Shown: positions 38,701 through 53,300 of the stretch, piece after piece
Numbering within the stretch: position 1 is the first letter of the stretch
Layout: each line of letters opens with the position of its first letter
Origin: Eledone cirrhosa
Lineage: Eukaryota
Direction: 5' to 3'
DNA length: 64,000 bases
Assembly (NCBI GenBank): GCA_964016885.1
Contig: OZ024741.1
Coordinates: 209,374,001-209,438,000 of the forward strand
Notes under the pieces: generated by a model
What the model was told of the DNA's origin: nothing
Database searches by the model: none
Seen by the model: the letters and a program-made list of their open reading frames with translations, nothing else
Translations under genes and position numbers: made by a program

Positions 38701-40691
38701 ATTACTGGTACATGTGCAGACACTCATTGGCTGTGTGTGGCCTGATTTTCAGAAAGATATCTCCGTAAAATAACGAGTGGTGGCTGCGTAAAATAATGAA
38801 TTACGCACGAAAATGAGAAAGTTTCGATTCTCGATCGTGGGCCGGCCGGATGTCGGATCGATTCGTAAATACAAGGATAATGTGCGGACACTCCTTGGCT
38901 GTGTGCGGCATGATTTTCAGGACGATATCTCCGTAAAATCAAGAGTTGATAACCCCAACTTAACTTAACCCCAACTTAACTTAACCGCAACTTTACTTAA
39001 CCGCAACCTAACTTAACCCCAACTTAACTTAACCGCAACCTAACTTAACCCCAACTTAACTTAACCCCAACTTAACTTAACCCCAACCTAACTTAACCCC
39101 AACTTAACTTAACCGCAACTTAACTTAACCGCAACCTAACTTAAACCCAACTTAACTTAACCGCAACTTAACTTAACCGCAACTTAGCTTAACCCCAACC
39201 CTTGGTGGGATCGATCTGTAATTACTGGTACATGTGCAGACACTCATTGGCTGTGTGTGGCCTGATTTTCAGAAAGATATCTCCGTAAAATAACGAGTGG
39301 TGGCTGCGTAAAATAATGAATTACGCACGAAAATGAGAAAATTTCGATTCTCGATCGTGGGCCGGCCGGATGTCGGATCGATTCGTAAATACAAGGATAA
39401 TGTGCGGACACTCCTTGGCTGTGTGCGGCATGATTTTCAGGACGATATCTCCGTAAAATCAAGAGTTGATAACCCCAACTTAACTTAACCCCAACTTAAC
39501 TTAACCGCAACTTAACTTAACCGCAACCTAACTTAACCCCAACTTAACTTAACCGCAACCTAACTTAACCCCAACTTAACTTAACCGCAACTTAACTTAA
39601 CCCCAACCTAACTTAACTCCAACTTAACTTAACCGCAACTTAACTTAACCGCAACCTAACTTAACCCCAACTTAATTTAACCGCAACTTAACTTAACCGC
39701 AACTTAGCTTAACCCCAACCCTTGGTGGGATCGATCTGTAATTACTGGTACATGTGCAGACACTCATTGGCTGTGTGTGGCCTGATTTTCAGAAAGATAT
39801 CTCCGTAAAATAACGAGTGGTCGCTGCGTAAAATAATGAATTACGCACGAAAATGAGAAAATTTCGATTCTCGATCGTCGGCCGGCCGGATGTCGGATCG
39901 ATTCGTAAATACAAGGATAATGTGCGGACACTCCTTGGCTGTGTGCGGCATGATTTTCAGGACGATATCTCCGTAAAATCAAGAGTTGATAACCCCAACT
40001 TAACTTAACCCCAACTGAACTTAACCGCAACTTAACTCAACCCCAACTTAACTTAACCGCAACCTAACTTAACCCCAACTTAACTTAACCGCAACTTAAC
40101 TTAACCCCAACCTAACTTAACCCCAACTTAACTTAACCGCAACTTAACTTAACCGCAACCTAACTTAACCCCAACTTAACTTAACCGCAACTTAACTTAA
40201 CCGCAACTTAGCTTAACCCCAACCCTTGGTGGGATCGATCTGTAATTACTGGTACATGTGCAGACAATCATTGGCTGTGTGTGGCCTGATTTTCAGAAAG
40301 ATATCTCCGTAAAATAACGAGTGGTGGCTGCGTAAAATAATGAATTACGCACGAAAATGAGAAAATTTCGATTCTCGATCGTGGGCCGGCCGGATGTCGG
40401 ATCGATTCGTAAATACAAGGATAATGTGCGGACACTCCTTGGCTGTGTGCGGCATGATTTTCAGGACGATATCTCCGTAAAATCAAGAGTTGATATCCCC
40501 AACTTAACTTAACCCCAACTTAACTTAACCGCAACTTAACTTAACCGCAACCTAACTTAACCCCAACTTAACTTAACCGCAACCTAACTTAACCCCAACT
40601 TAACTTAACCGCAACTTAACTTAACCGCAACTTAGCTTAACCCCAACCCTTGGTGGGATCGATCTGTAATTACTGGTACATGTGCAGACAC
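35716..40691. repeat. Higher-order tandem duplication, period 2488 bp (5 monomers)
   Basis: The ctcAgta, aaaGttt, 504 and 424 monomer series occurs at 35716 and again at 38204. Confidence 0.88.
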
Positions 40692-41211
40692 TCATTGGCT
40701 GTGCGTGGCCTGATTTTCAGAAAGATATCTCCGTAAAATAACGAGTGGTGGCTGCGTAAAATAATGAATTACGCACGAAAATGAGAAAATTTAGATTCTC
40801 GATCGTGGGCCGGCCGGATGTCTGATCGATTCGTAAATACAAGGATAATGTGCGGACACTCCTTGGCTGTGTGTGGCATGATTTTCAGGACGATATCTCC
40901 GTAAAATCAAGAGTTGATAACCCCAACTTAACTTAACCCCAACTTAACTTAACCGCAACTTAACTTAACCGCAACCTAACTTAACCCCAACTTAACTTAA
41001 CCGCAACCTAACTTAACCCCAACTTAACTTAACCGCAACTTAACTTAACCCCAACCTAACTTAACCCCAACTTAACTTAACCGCAACTTAACTTAACCGC
41101 AACCTAACTTAACCCCAACTTAACTTAACCGCAACTTAACTTAACCGCAACTTAGCTTAACCCCAACCCTTGGTGGGATCGATCTGTAATTACTGGTACA
41201 TGTGCAGACAC

Positions 41212-44200
41212 TCATTGGCTGTGTGTGGCCTGATTTTCAGAAAGATATCTCCGTAAAATAACGAGTGGTGGCTGCGTAAAATAATGAATTACGCACGAAA
41301 ATGAGAAAATTTCGATTCTCGATCGTGGGCCGGCCGGATGTCGCATCGATTCGTAAATAGAAGGATAATGTGCGGACACTCCTTGGCTGTGTGCGGCATG
41401 ATTTTCAGGACGATATTTCCGTAAAATCAAGAGTTGATAACCCCAACTTAACTTAACCCCAACTTAACTTAACCCCAACTTAACTTAACCGCAACCTAAC
41501 TTAACCCCAACTTAACTTAACCCCAACCTAACTTAACCCCAACTTAACTTAACCGCAACTTAACTTAACCGCAACCTAACTTAACCCCAACTTAACTTAA
41601 CCGCAACTTAACTTAACCGCAACTTAGCTTAACCCCAACCCTTGGTGGGATCGATCTGTAATTACTGGTACATGTGCAGACACTCATTGGCTGTGTGTGG
41701 CCTGATTTTCAGAAAGATATCTCCGTAAAATAACGAGTGGTGGCTGCGTAAAATAATGAATTACGCACGAAAATGAGAAAATTTCGATTCTCGATCGTGG
41801 GCCGGCCGTATGTCGGATCGATTCGTAAATACAAGGATAATGTGCGGACACTCCTTGGCTGTGTGCGGCATGATTTTCAGGACGATATCTCCGTAAAATC
41901 AAGAGTTGATAACCCCAACTTAACTTAACCCCAACTTAACTTAACCGCAACTTAACTTAACCGCAACCTAACTTAACCCCAACTTAACTTAACCGCAACC
42001 TAACTTAACCCCAACTTAACTTAACCGCAACTTAACTTAACCCCAACCTAACTTAACCCCAACTTAACTTAACCGCAACTTAACTTAACCGCAACCTAAC
42101 TTAACCCCAACTTAACTTAACCGCAACTTAACTTAACCGCAACTTAGCTTAACCCCAACCCTTGGTGGGATCGATCTGTAATTACTGGTACATGTGCAGA
42201 CACTCATTGGCTGTGGGTGGCCTGATTTTCAGAAAGATATCTCCGTAAAATAACGAGTGGTGGATGTGTAAAATAATGAATTACGCACGAAAATGAGAAA
42301 ATTTCGATTCTCGATCGTGGGCCGGCCGGATGTCGCATCGATTCGTAAATAGAAGGATAATGTGCGGACACTCCTTGGCTGTGTGCGGCATGATTTTCAG
42401 GACGATATTTCCGTAAAATCAAGAGTTGATAACCCCAACTTAACTTAACCCCAACTTAACTTAACCCCAACTTAACTTAACCGCAACCTAACTTAACCCC
42501 AACTTAACTTAACCCCAACCTAACTTAACCCCAACTTAACTTAACCGCAACTTAACTTAACCGCAACCTAACTTAACCCCAACTTAACTTAACCGCAACT
42601 TAACTTAACCGCAACTTAGCTTAACCCCAACCCTTGGTGGGATCGATCTGTAATTACTGGTACATGTGCAGACACTCATTGGCTGTGTGTGGCCTGATTT
42701 TCAGAAAGATATCTCCGTAAAATAACGAGTGGTGGCTGCGTAAAATAATGAATTACGCACGAAAATGAGAAAATTTCGATTCTCGATCGTGGGCCGGCCG
42801 GATGTCGGATCGATTCGTAAATACAAGGATAATGTGCGGACACTCCTTGGCTGTGTGCGGCATGATTTTCAGGACGATATCTCCGTAAAATCAAGAGTTG
42901 ATAACCCCAACTTAACTTAACCCCAACTTAACTTAACCGCAACTTAACTTAACCGCAACCTAACTTAACCCCAACTTAACTTAACCGCAACCTAACTTAA
43001 CCCCAACTTAACTTAACCGCAACTTAACTTAACCCCAACCTAACTTAACCCCAACTTAACTTAACCGCAACTTAACTTAACCGCAACCTAACTTAACCCC
43101 AACTTAACTTAACCGCAACTTAACTTAACCGCAACTTAGCTTAACCCCAACCCTTGGTGGGATCGATCTGTAATTACTGGTATATGTGCAGACACTCATT
43201 GGCTGTGTGTGGCCTGATTTTCAGAAAGATATCTCCGTAAAATAACGAGTGGTGGCTGCGTAAAATAATGAATTACGCACGAAAATGAGAAAATTTCGAT
43301 TCTCGATCGTGGGCCGGCCGGATGTCGGATCGATTCGTAAATACAAGGATAATGTGCGGACACTCCTTGGCTGTGTGCGGCATGATTTTCAGGACGATAT
43401 CTCCGTAAAATCAAGAGTTGATAACCCCAACTTAACTTAACCTCAACTTAACTTAACCGCAACTTAACTTAACCGCAACCTAACTTAACCCCAACTTAAC
43501 TTAACCGCAACCTAACTTAACCCCAACTTAACTTAACCGCAACTTAACTTAACCCCAACCTAACTTAACTCCAACTTAACTTAACCGCAACTTAACTTAA
43601 CCGCAACCTAACTTAACCCCAACTTAATTTAACCGCAACCTAACTTAACCCCAACTTAACTTAACCGCAACTTAACTTAACCGCAACTTAGCTTAACCCC
43701 AAGCCTTGGTGGGATCGATCTGTAATTACTGGTACATGTGCAGACACTCATTGGCTGTGTGTGGCCTGATTTTCAGAAAGATATCTCCGTAAAATAACGA
43801 GTGGTGGCTGCGTAAAATAATGAATTACGCACGAAAATGAGAAAATTTCGATTCTCGATCGTGGGCCGGCCGGATGTCGGATCGATTCGTAAATACAAGG
43901 ATAATGTGCGGACACTCCTTGGCTGTGTGCGGCATGATTTTCAGGACGATATCTCCGTAAAATCAAGAGTTGATAACCCCAACTTAACTTAACCCCAACT
44001 TAACTTAACCGCAACTTAACTTAACCGCAACCTAACTTAACCCCAACTTAACTTAACCGCAACCTAACTTAACCCCAACTTAACTTAACCGCAACTTAAC
44101 TTAACCCCAACCTAACTTAACCCCAACTTAACTTAACCGCAACTTAACTTAACCGCAACCTAACTTAACCCCAACTTAACTTAACCGCAACTTAACTTAA

Positions 44201-47200
44201 CCGCAACTTAGCTTAACCCCAACCCTTGGTGGGATCGATCTGTAATTACTGGTATATGTGCAGACACTCATTGGCTGTGTGTGGCCTGATTTTCAGAAAG
44301 ATATCTCCGTAAAATAACGAGTGGTGGCTGCGTAAAATAATGAATTACGCACGAAAATGAGAAAATTTCGATTCTCGATCGTGGGCCGGCCGGATGTCGG
44401 ATCGATTCGTAAATACAAGGATAATGTGCGGACACTCCTTGGCTGTGTGCGGCATGATTTTCAGGACGATATCTCCGTAAAATCAAGAGTTGATAACCCC
44501 AACTTAACTTAACCTCAACTTAACTTAACCGCAACTTAACTTAACCGCAACCTAACTTAACCCCAACTTAACTTAACCGCAACCTAACTTAACCCCAACT
44601 TAACTTAACCGCAACTTAACTTAACCCCAACCTAACTTAACTCCAACTTAACTTAACCGCAACTTAACTTAACCGCAACCTAACTTAACCCCAACTTAAT
44701 TTAACCGCAACTTAACTTAACCGCAACTTAGCTTAACCCCAACCCTTGGTGGGATCGATCTGTAATTACTGGTACATGTGCAGACACTCATTGGCTGTGT
44801 GTGGCCTGATTTTCAGAAAGATATCTCCGTAAAATAACGAGTGGTCGCTGCGTAAAATAATGAATTACGCACGAAAATGAGAAAATTTCGATTCTCGATC
44901 GTCGGCCGGCCGGATGTCGGATCGATTCGTAAATACAAGGATAATGTGCGGACACTCCTTGGCTATGTGCGGCATGATTTTCAGGACGATATCTCCGTAA
45001 AATCAAGAGTTGATAACCCCAACTTAACTTAACCCCAACTGAACTTAACCGCAACTTAACTCAACCCCAACTTAACTTAACCGCAACCTAACTTAACCCC
45101 AACTTAACTTAACCGCAACTTAACTTAACCCCAACCTAACTTAACCCCAACTTAACTTAACCGCAACTTAACTTAACCGCAACCTAACTTAACCCCAACT
45201 TAACTTAACCGCAACTTAACTTAACCGCAACTTAGCTTAACCCCAACCCTTGGTGGGATCGATCTGTAATTACTGGTACATATGCAGACAATCATTGGCT
45301 GTGTGTGGCCTGATTTTCAGAAAGATATCTCTGTAAAATAACGAGTGGTGGCTGCGTAAAATAATGAATTACGCACGAAAATGAGAAAATTTCGATTCTC
45401 GATCGTGGGCCGGCCGGATGTCGGATCGATTCGTAAATACAAGGATAATGTGCGGACACTCCTTGGCTGTGTGTGGCATGATTTTCAGGACGATATCTCC
45501 GTAAAATCAAGAGTTGATAACCCCAACTTAACTTAACCCCAACTTAACTTAACCGCAACTTAACTTAACCGCAACCTAACTTAACCCCAACTTAACTTAA
45601 CCGCAACCTAACTTAACCCCAACTTAACTTAACCGCAACTTAACTTAACCCCAACCTAACTTAACCCCAACTTAACTTAACCGCAACTTAACTTAACCGC
45701 AACCTAACTTAACCCCAACTTAACTTAACCGCAACTTAACTTAACCGCAACTTAGCTTAACCCCAACCCTTGGTGGGATCGATCTGTAATTACTGGTACA
45801 TGTGCAGACACTCATTGGCTGTGTGTGGCCTGATTTTCAGAAAGATATCTCCGTAAAATAACGAGTGGTGGCTGCGTAAAATAATGAATTACGCACGAAA
45901 ATGAGAAAATTTCGATTCTCGATCGTGGGCCGGCCGGATGTCGCATCGATTCGTAAATAGAAGGATAATGTGCGGACACTCCTTGGCTGTGTGCGGCATG
46001 ATTTTCAGGACGATATTTCCGTAAAATCAAGAGTTGATAACCCCAACTTAACTTAACCCCAACTTAACTTAACCCCAACTTAACTTAACCGCAACCTAAC
46101 TTAACCCCAACTTAACTTAACCCCAACGTAACTTAACCCCAACTTAACTTAACCGCAACTTAACTTAACCGCAACCTAACTTAACCCCAACTTAACTTAA
46201 CCGCAACTTAACTTAACCGCAACTTAGCTTAACCCCAACCCTTGGTGGGATCGATCTGTAATTACTGGTACATGTGCAGACACTCATTGGCTGTGTGTGG
46301 CCTGATTTTCAGAAAGATATCTCCGTAAAATAACGAGTGGTGGCTGCGTAAAATAATGAATTACGCACGAAAATGAGAAAATTTCGATTCTCGATCGTGG
46401 GCCGGCCGTATGTCGGATCGATTCGTAAATACAAGGATAATGTGCGGACACTCCTTGGCTGTGTGCGGCATGATTTTCAGGACGATATCTCCGTAAAATC
46501 AAGAGTTGATAACCCCAACTTAACTTAACCCCAACTTAACTTAACCGCAACTTAACTTAACCGCAACCTAACTTAACCCCAACTTAACTTAACCGCAACC
46601 TAACTTAACCCCAACTTAACTTAACCGCAACTTAACTTAACCCCAACCTAACTTAACCCCAACTTAACTTAACCGCAACTTAACTTAACCGCAACCTAAC
46701 TTAACCCCAACTTAACTTAACCGCAACTTAACTTAACCGCAACTTAGCTTAACCCCAACCCTTGGTGGGATCGATCTGTAATTACTGGTACATGTGCAGA
46801 CACTCATTGGCTGTGTGTGGCCTGATTTTCAGAAAGATATCTCCGTAAAATAACGAGTGGTGGATGTGTAAAATAATGAATTACGCACGAAAATGAGAAA
46901 ATTTCGATTCTCGATCGTGGGCCGGCCGGATGTCGCATCGATTCGTAAATAGAAGGATAATGTGCGGACACTCCTTGGCTGTGTGCGGCATGATTTTCAG
47001 GACGATATTTCCGTAAAATCAAGAGTTGATAACCCCAACTTAACTTAACCCCAACTTAACTTAACCCCAACTTAACTTAACCGCAACCTAACTTAACCCC
47101 AACTTAACTTAACCCCAACCTAACTTAACCCCAACTTAACTTAACCGCAACTTAACTTAACCGCAACCTAACTTAACCCCAACTTAACTTAACCGCAACT

Positions 47201-50200
47201 TAACTTAACCGCAACTTAGCTTAACCCCAACCCTTGGTGGGATCGATCTGTAATTACTGGTACATGTGCAGACACTCATTGGCTGTGTGTGGCCTGATTT
47301 TCAGAAAGATATCTCCGTAAAATAACGAGTGGTGGCTGCGTAAAATAATGAATTACGCACGAAAATGAGAAAATTTCGATTCTCGATCGTGGGCCGGCCG
47401 GATGTCGGATCGATTCGTAAATACAAGGATAATGTGCGGACACTCCTTGGCTGTGTGCGGCATGATTTTCAGGACGATATCTCCGTAAAATCAAGAGTTG
47501 ATAACCCCAACTTAACTTAACCCCAACTTAACTTAACCGCAACTTAACTTAACCGCAACCTAACTTAACCCCAACTTAACTTAACCGCAACCTAACTTAA
47601 CCCCAACTTAACTTAACCGCAACTTAACTTAACCCCAACCTAACTTAACCCCAACTTAACTTAACCGCAACTTAACTTAACCGCAACCTAACTTAACCCC
47701 AACTTAACTTAACCGCAACTTAACTTAACCGCAACTTAGCTTAACCCCAACCCTTGGTGGGATCGATCTGTAATTACTGGTATATGTGCAGACACTCATT
47801 GGCTGTGTGTGGCCTGATTTTCAGAAAGATATCTCCGTAAAATAACGAGTGGTGGCTGCGTAAAATAATGAATTACGCACGAAAATGAGAAAATTTCGAT
47901 TCTCGATCGTGGGCCGGCCGGATGTCGGATCGATTCGTAAATACAAGGATAATGTGCGGACACTCCTTGGCTGTGTGCGGCATGATTTTCAGGACGATAT
48001 CTCCGTAAAATCAAGAGTTGATAACCCCAACTTAACTTAACCTCAACTTAACTTAACCGCAACTTAACTTAACCGCAACCTAACTTAACCCCAACTTAAC
48101 TTAACCGCAACCTAACTTAACCCCAACTTAACTTAACCGCAACTTAACTTAACCCCAACCTAACTTAACTCCAACTTAACTTAACCGCAACTTAACTTAA
48201 CCGCAACCTAACTTAACCCCAACTTAATTTAACCGCAACCTAACTTAACCCCAACTTAACTTAACCGCAACTTAACTTAACCGCAACTTAGCTTAACCCC
48301 AAGCCTTGGTGGGATCGATCTGTAATTACTGGTACATGTGCAGACACTCATTGGCTGTGTGTGGCCTGATTTTCAGAAAGATATCTCCGTAAAATAACGA
48401 GTGGTGGCTGCGTAAAATAATGAATTACGCACGAAAATGAGAAAATTTCGATTCTCGATCGTGGGCCGGCCGGATGTCGGATCGATTCGTAAATACAAGG
48501 ATAATGTGCGGACACTCCTTGGCTGTGTGCGGCATGATTTTCAGGACGATATCTCCGTAAAATCAAGAGTTGATAACCCCAACTTAACTTAACCCCAACT
48601 TAACTTAACCGCAACTTAACTTAACCGCAACCTAACTTAACCCCAACTTAACTTAACCGCAACCTAACTTAACCCCAACTTAACTTAACCGCAACTTAAC
48701 TTAACCCCAACCTAACTTAACCCCAACTTAACTTAACCGCAACTTAACTTAACCGCAACCTAACTTAACCCCAACTTAACTTAACCGCAACTTAACTTAA
48801 CCGCAACTTAGCTTAACCCCAACCCTTGGTGGGATCGATCTGTAATTACTGGTATATGTGCAGACACTCATTGGCTGTGTGTGGCCTGATTTTCAGAAAG
48901 ATATCTCCGTAAAATAACGAGTGGTGGCTGCGTAAAATAATGAATTACGCACGAAAATGAGAAAATTTCGATTCTCGATCGTGGGCCGGCCGGATGTCGG
49001 ATCGATTCGTAAATACAAGGATAATGTGCGGACACTCCTTGGCTGTGTGCGGCATGATTTTCAGGACGATATCTCCGTAAAATCAAGAGTTGATAACCCC
49101 AACTTAACTTAACCTCAACTTAACTTAACCGCAACTTAACTTAACCGCAACCTAACTTAACCCCAACTTAACTTAACCGCAACCTAACTTAACCCCAACT
49201 TAACTTAACCGCAACTTAACTTAACCCCAACCTAACTTAACTCCAACTTAACTTAACCGCAACTTAACTTAACCGCAACCTAACTTAACCCCAACTTAAT
49301 TTAACCGCAACTTAACTTAACCGCAACTTAGCTTAACCCCAACCCTTGGTGGGATCGATCTGTAATTACTGGTACATGTGCAGACACTCATTGGCTGTGT
49401 GTGGCCTGATTTTCAGAAAGATATCTCCGTAAAATAACGAGTGGTCGCTGCGTAAAATAATGAATTACGCACGAAAATGAGAAAATTTCGATTCTCGATC
49501 GTCGGCCGGCCGGATGTCGGATCGATTCGTAAATACAAGGATAATGTGCGGACACTCCTTGGCTATGTGCGGCATGATTTTCAGGACGATATCTCCGTAA
49601 AATCAAGAGTTGATAACCCCAACTTAACTTAACCCCAACTGAACTTAACCGCAACTTAACTCAACCCCAACTTAACTTAACCGCAACCTAACTTAACCCC
49701 AACTTAACTTAACCGCAACTTAACTTAACCCCAACCTAACTTAACCCCAACTTAACTTAACCGCAACTTAACTTAACCGCAACCTAACTTAACCCCAACT
49801 TAACTTAACCGCAACTTAACTTAACCGCAACTTAGCTTAACCCCAACCCTTGGTGGGATCGATCTGTAATTACTGGTACATATGCAGACAATCATTGGCT
49901 GTGTGTGGCCTGATTTTCAGAAAGATATCTCCGTAAAATAACGAGTGGTGGCTGCGTAAAATAATGAATTACGCACGAAAATGAGAAAATTTCGATTCTC
50001 GATCGTGGGCCGGCCGGATGTCGGATCGATTCGTAAATACAAGGATAATGTGCGGACACTCCTTGGCTGTGTGCGGCATGATTTTCAGGACGATATCTCC
50101 GTAAAATCAAGAGTTGATATCCCCAACTTAACTTAACCCCAACTTAACTTAACCGCAACTTAACTTAACCGCAACCTAACTTAACCCCAACTTAACTTAA

Positions 50201-50315
50201 CCGCAACCTAACTTAACCCCAACTTAACTTAACCGCAACTTAACTTAACCGCAACTTAGCTTAACCCCAACCCTTGGTGGGATCGATCTGTAATTACTGG
50301 TACATGTGCAGACAC
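41212..50315. repeat. Higher-order tandem duplication, period 4600 bp (9 monomers)
   Basis: The series 472/520/472/520/552/520/520/504 with matching variants (ccgTatg, tggAtgTg, taTatg, aaGcctt) occurs at 41212 and 45812. The same block occurs at 1-3075. Confidence 0.88.
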
Positions 50316-53300
50316 TCATTGGCTGTGTGTGGCCTGATTTTCAGAAAGATATCTCCGTAAAATAACGAGTGGTGGCTGCGTAAAATAATGAATTACGCAC
50401 GAAAATGAGAAAATTTCGATTCTCGATCGTGGGCCGGCCGGATGTCGCATCGATTCGTAAATAGAAGGATAATGTGCGGACACTCCTTGGCTGTGTGCGG
50501 CATGATTTTCAGGACGATATTTCCGTAAAATCAAGAGTTGATAACCCCAACTTAACTTAACCCCAACTTAACTTAACCCCAACTTAACTTAACCGCAACA
50601 TAACTTAACCCCAACTTAACTTAACCCCAACCTAACTTAACCCCAACTTAACTTAACCGCAACTTAACTTAACCGCAACCTAACTTAACCCCAACTTAAC
50701 TTAACCGCAACTTAACTTAACCGCAACTTAGCTTAACCCCAACCCTTGGTGGGATCGATCTGTAATTACTGGTACATGTGCAGACACTCATTGGCTGTGT
50801 GTGGCCTGATTTTCAGAAAGATATCTCCGTAAAATAACGAGTGGTGGCTGCGTAAAATAATGAATTACGCACGAAAATGAGAAAATTTCGATTCTCGATC
50901 GTGGGCCGGCCGGATGTCGGATCGATTCGTAAATACAAGGATAATGTGCGGACACTCCTTGGCTGTGTGCGGCATGATTTTCAGGACGATATCTCCGTAA
51001 AATCAAGAGTTGATATCCCCAACTTAACTTAACCCCAACTTAACTTAACCGCAACTTAACTTAACCGCAACCTAACTTAACCCCAACTTAACTTAACCGC
51101 AACCTAACTTAACCCCAACTTAACTTAACCGCAACTTAACTTAACCGCAACTTAGCTTAACCCCAACCCTTGGTGGGATCGATCTGTAATTACTGGTACA
51201 TGTGCAGACACTCATTGGCTGTGTGTGGCCTGATTTTCAGAAAGATATCTCCGTAAAATAACGAGTGGTGGCTGCGTAAAATAATGAATTACGCACGAAA
51301 ATGAGAAAATTTCGATTCTCGATCGTGGGCCGGCCGGATGTCGCATCGATTCGTAAATAGAAGGATAATGTGCGGACACTCCTTGGCTGTGTGCGGCATG
51401 ATTTTCAGGACGATATTTCCGTAAAATCAAGAGTTGATAACCCCAACTTAACTTAACCCCAACTTAACTTAACCCCAACTTAACTTAACCGCAACATAAC
51501 TTAACCCCAACTTAACTTAACCCCAACCTAACTTAACCCCAACTTAACTTAACCGCAACTTAACTTAACCGCAACCTAACTTAACCCCAACTTAACTTAA
51601 CCGCAACTTAACTTAACCGCAACTTAGCTTAACCCCAACCCTTGGTGGGATCGATCTGTAATTACTGGTACATGTGCAGACACTCATTGGCTGTGTGTGG
51701 CCTGATTTTCAGAAAGATATCTCCGTAAAATAACGAGTGGTGGCTGCGTAAAATAATGAATTACGCACGAAAATGAGAAAATTTCGATTCTCGATCGTGG
51801 GCCGGCCGGATGTCGGATCGATTCGTAAATACAAGGATAATGTGCGGACACTCCTTGACTGTGTGCGGCATGATTTTCAGGACGATATCTCCGTAAAATC
51901 AAGAGTTGATAACCCCAACTTAACTTAACCCCAACTTAACTTAACCGCAACTTAACTTAACCGCAACCTAACTTAACCCCAACTTAACTTAACCGCAACC
52001 TAACTTAACCCCAACTTAACTTAACCGCAACTTAACTTAACCCCAACCTAACTTAACCCCAACTTAACTTAACCGCAACTTAACTTAACCGCAACCTAAC
52101 TTAACCCCAACTTAACTTAACCGCAACTTAACTTAACCGCAACTTAGCTTAACCCCAACCCTTGGTGGGATCGATCTGTAATTACTGGTATATGTGCAGA
52201 CACTCATTGGCTGTGTGTGGCCTGATTTTCAGAAAGATATCTCCGTAAAATAACGAGTGGTGGCTGCGTAAAATAATGAATTACGCACGAAAATGAGAAA
52301 ATTTCGATTCTCGATCGTGGGCCGGCCGGATGTCGGATCGATTCGTAAATACAAGGATAATGTGCGGACACTCCTTGGCTGTGTGCGGCATGATTTTCAG
52401 GACGATATCTCCGTAAAATCAAGAGTTGATAACCCCAACTTAACTTAACCTCAACTTAACTTAACCGCAACTTAACTTAACCGCAACCTAACTTAACCCC
52501 AACTTAACTTAACCGCAACCTAACTTAACCCCAACTTAACTTAACCGCAACTTAACTTAACCCCAACCTAACTTAACTCCAACTTAACTTAACCGCAACT
52601 TAACTTAACCGCAACCTAACTTAACCCCAACTTAATTTAACCGCAACCTAACTTAACCCCAACTTAACTTAACCGCAACTTAACTTAACCGCAACTTAGC
52701 TTAACCCCAAGCCTTGGTGGGATCGATCTGTAATTACTGGTACATGTGCAGACACTCATTGGCTGTGTGTGGCCTGATTTTCAGAAAGATATCTCCGTAA
52801 AATAACGAGTGGTGGCTGCGTAAAATAATGAATTACGCACGAAAATGAGAAAATTTCGATTCTCGATCGTGGGCCGGCCGGATGTCGGATCGATTCGTAA
52901 ATACAAGGATAATGTGCGGACACTCCTTGGCTGTGTGCGGCATGATTTTCAGGACGATATCTCCGTAAAATCAAGAGTTGATAACCCCAACTTAACTTAA
53001 CCCCAACTTAACTTAACCGCAACTTAACTTAACCGCAACCTAACTTAACCCCAACTTAACTTAACCGCAACCTAACTTAACCCCAACTTAACTTAACCGC
53101 AACTTAACTTAACCCCAACCTAACTTAACCCCAACTTAACTTAACCGCAACTTAACTTAACCGCAACCTAACTTAACCCCAACTTAACTTAACCGCAACT
53201 TAACTTAACCGCAACTTAGCTTAACCCCAACCCTTGGTGGGATCGATCTGTAATTACTGGTATATGTGCAGACACTCATTGGCTGTGTGTGGCCTGATTT

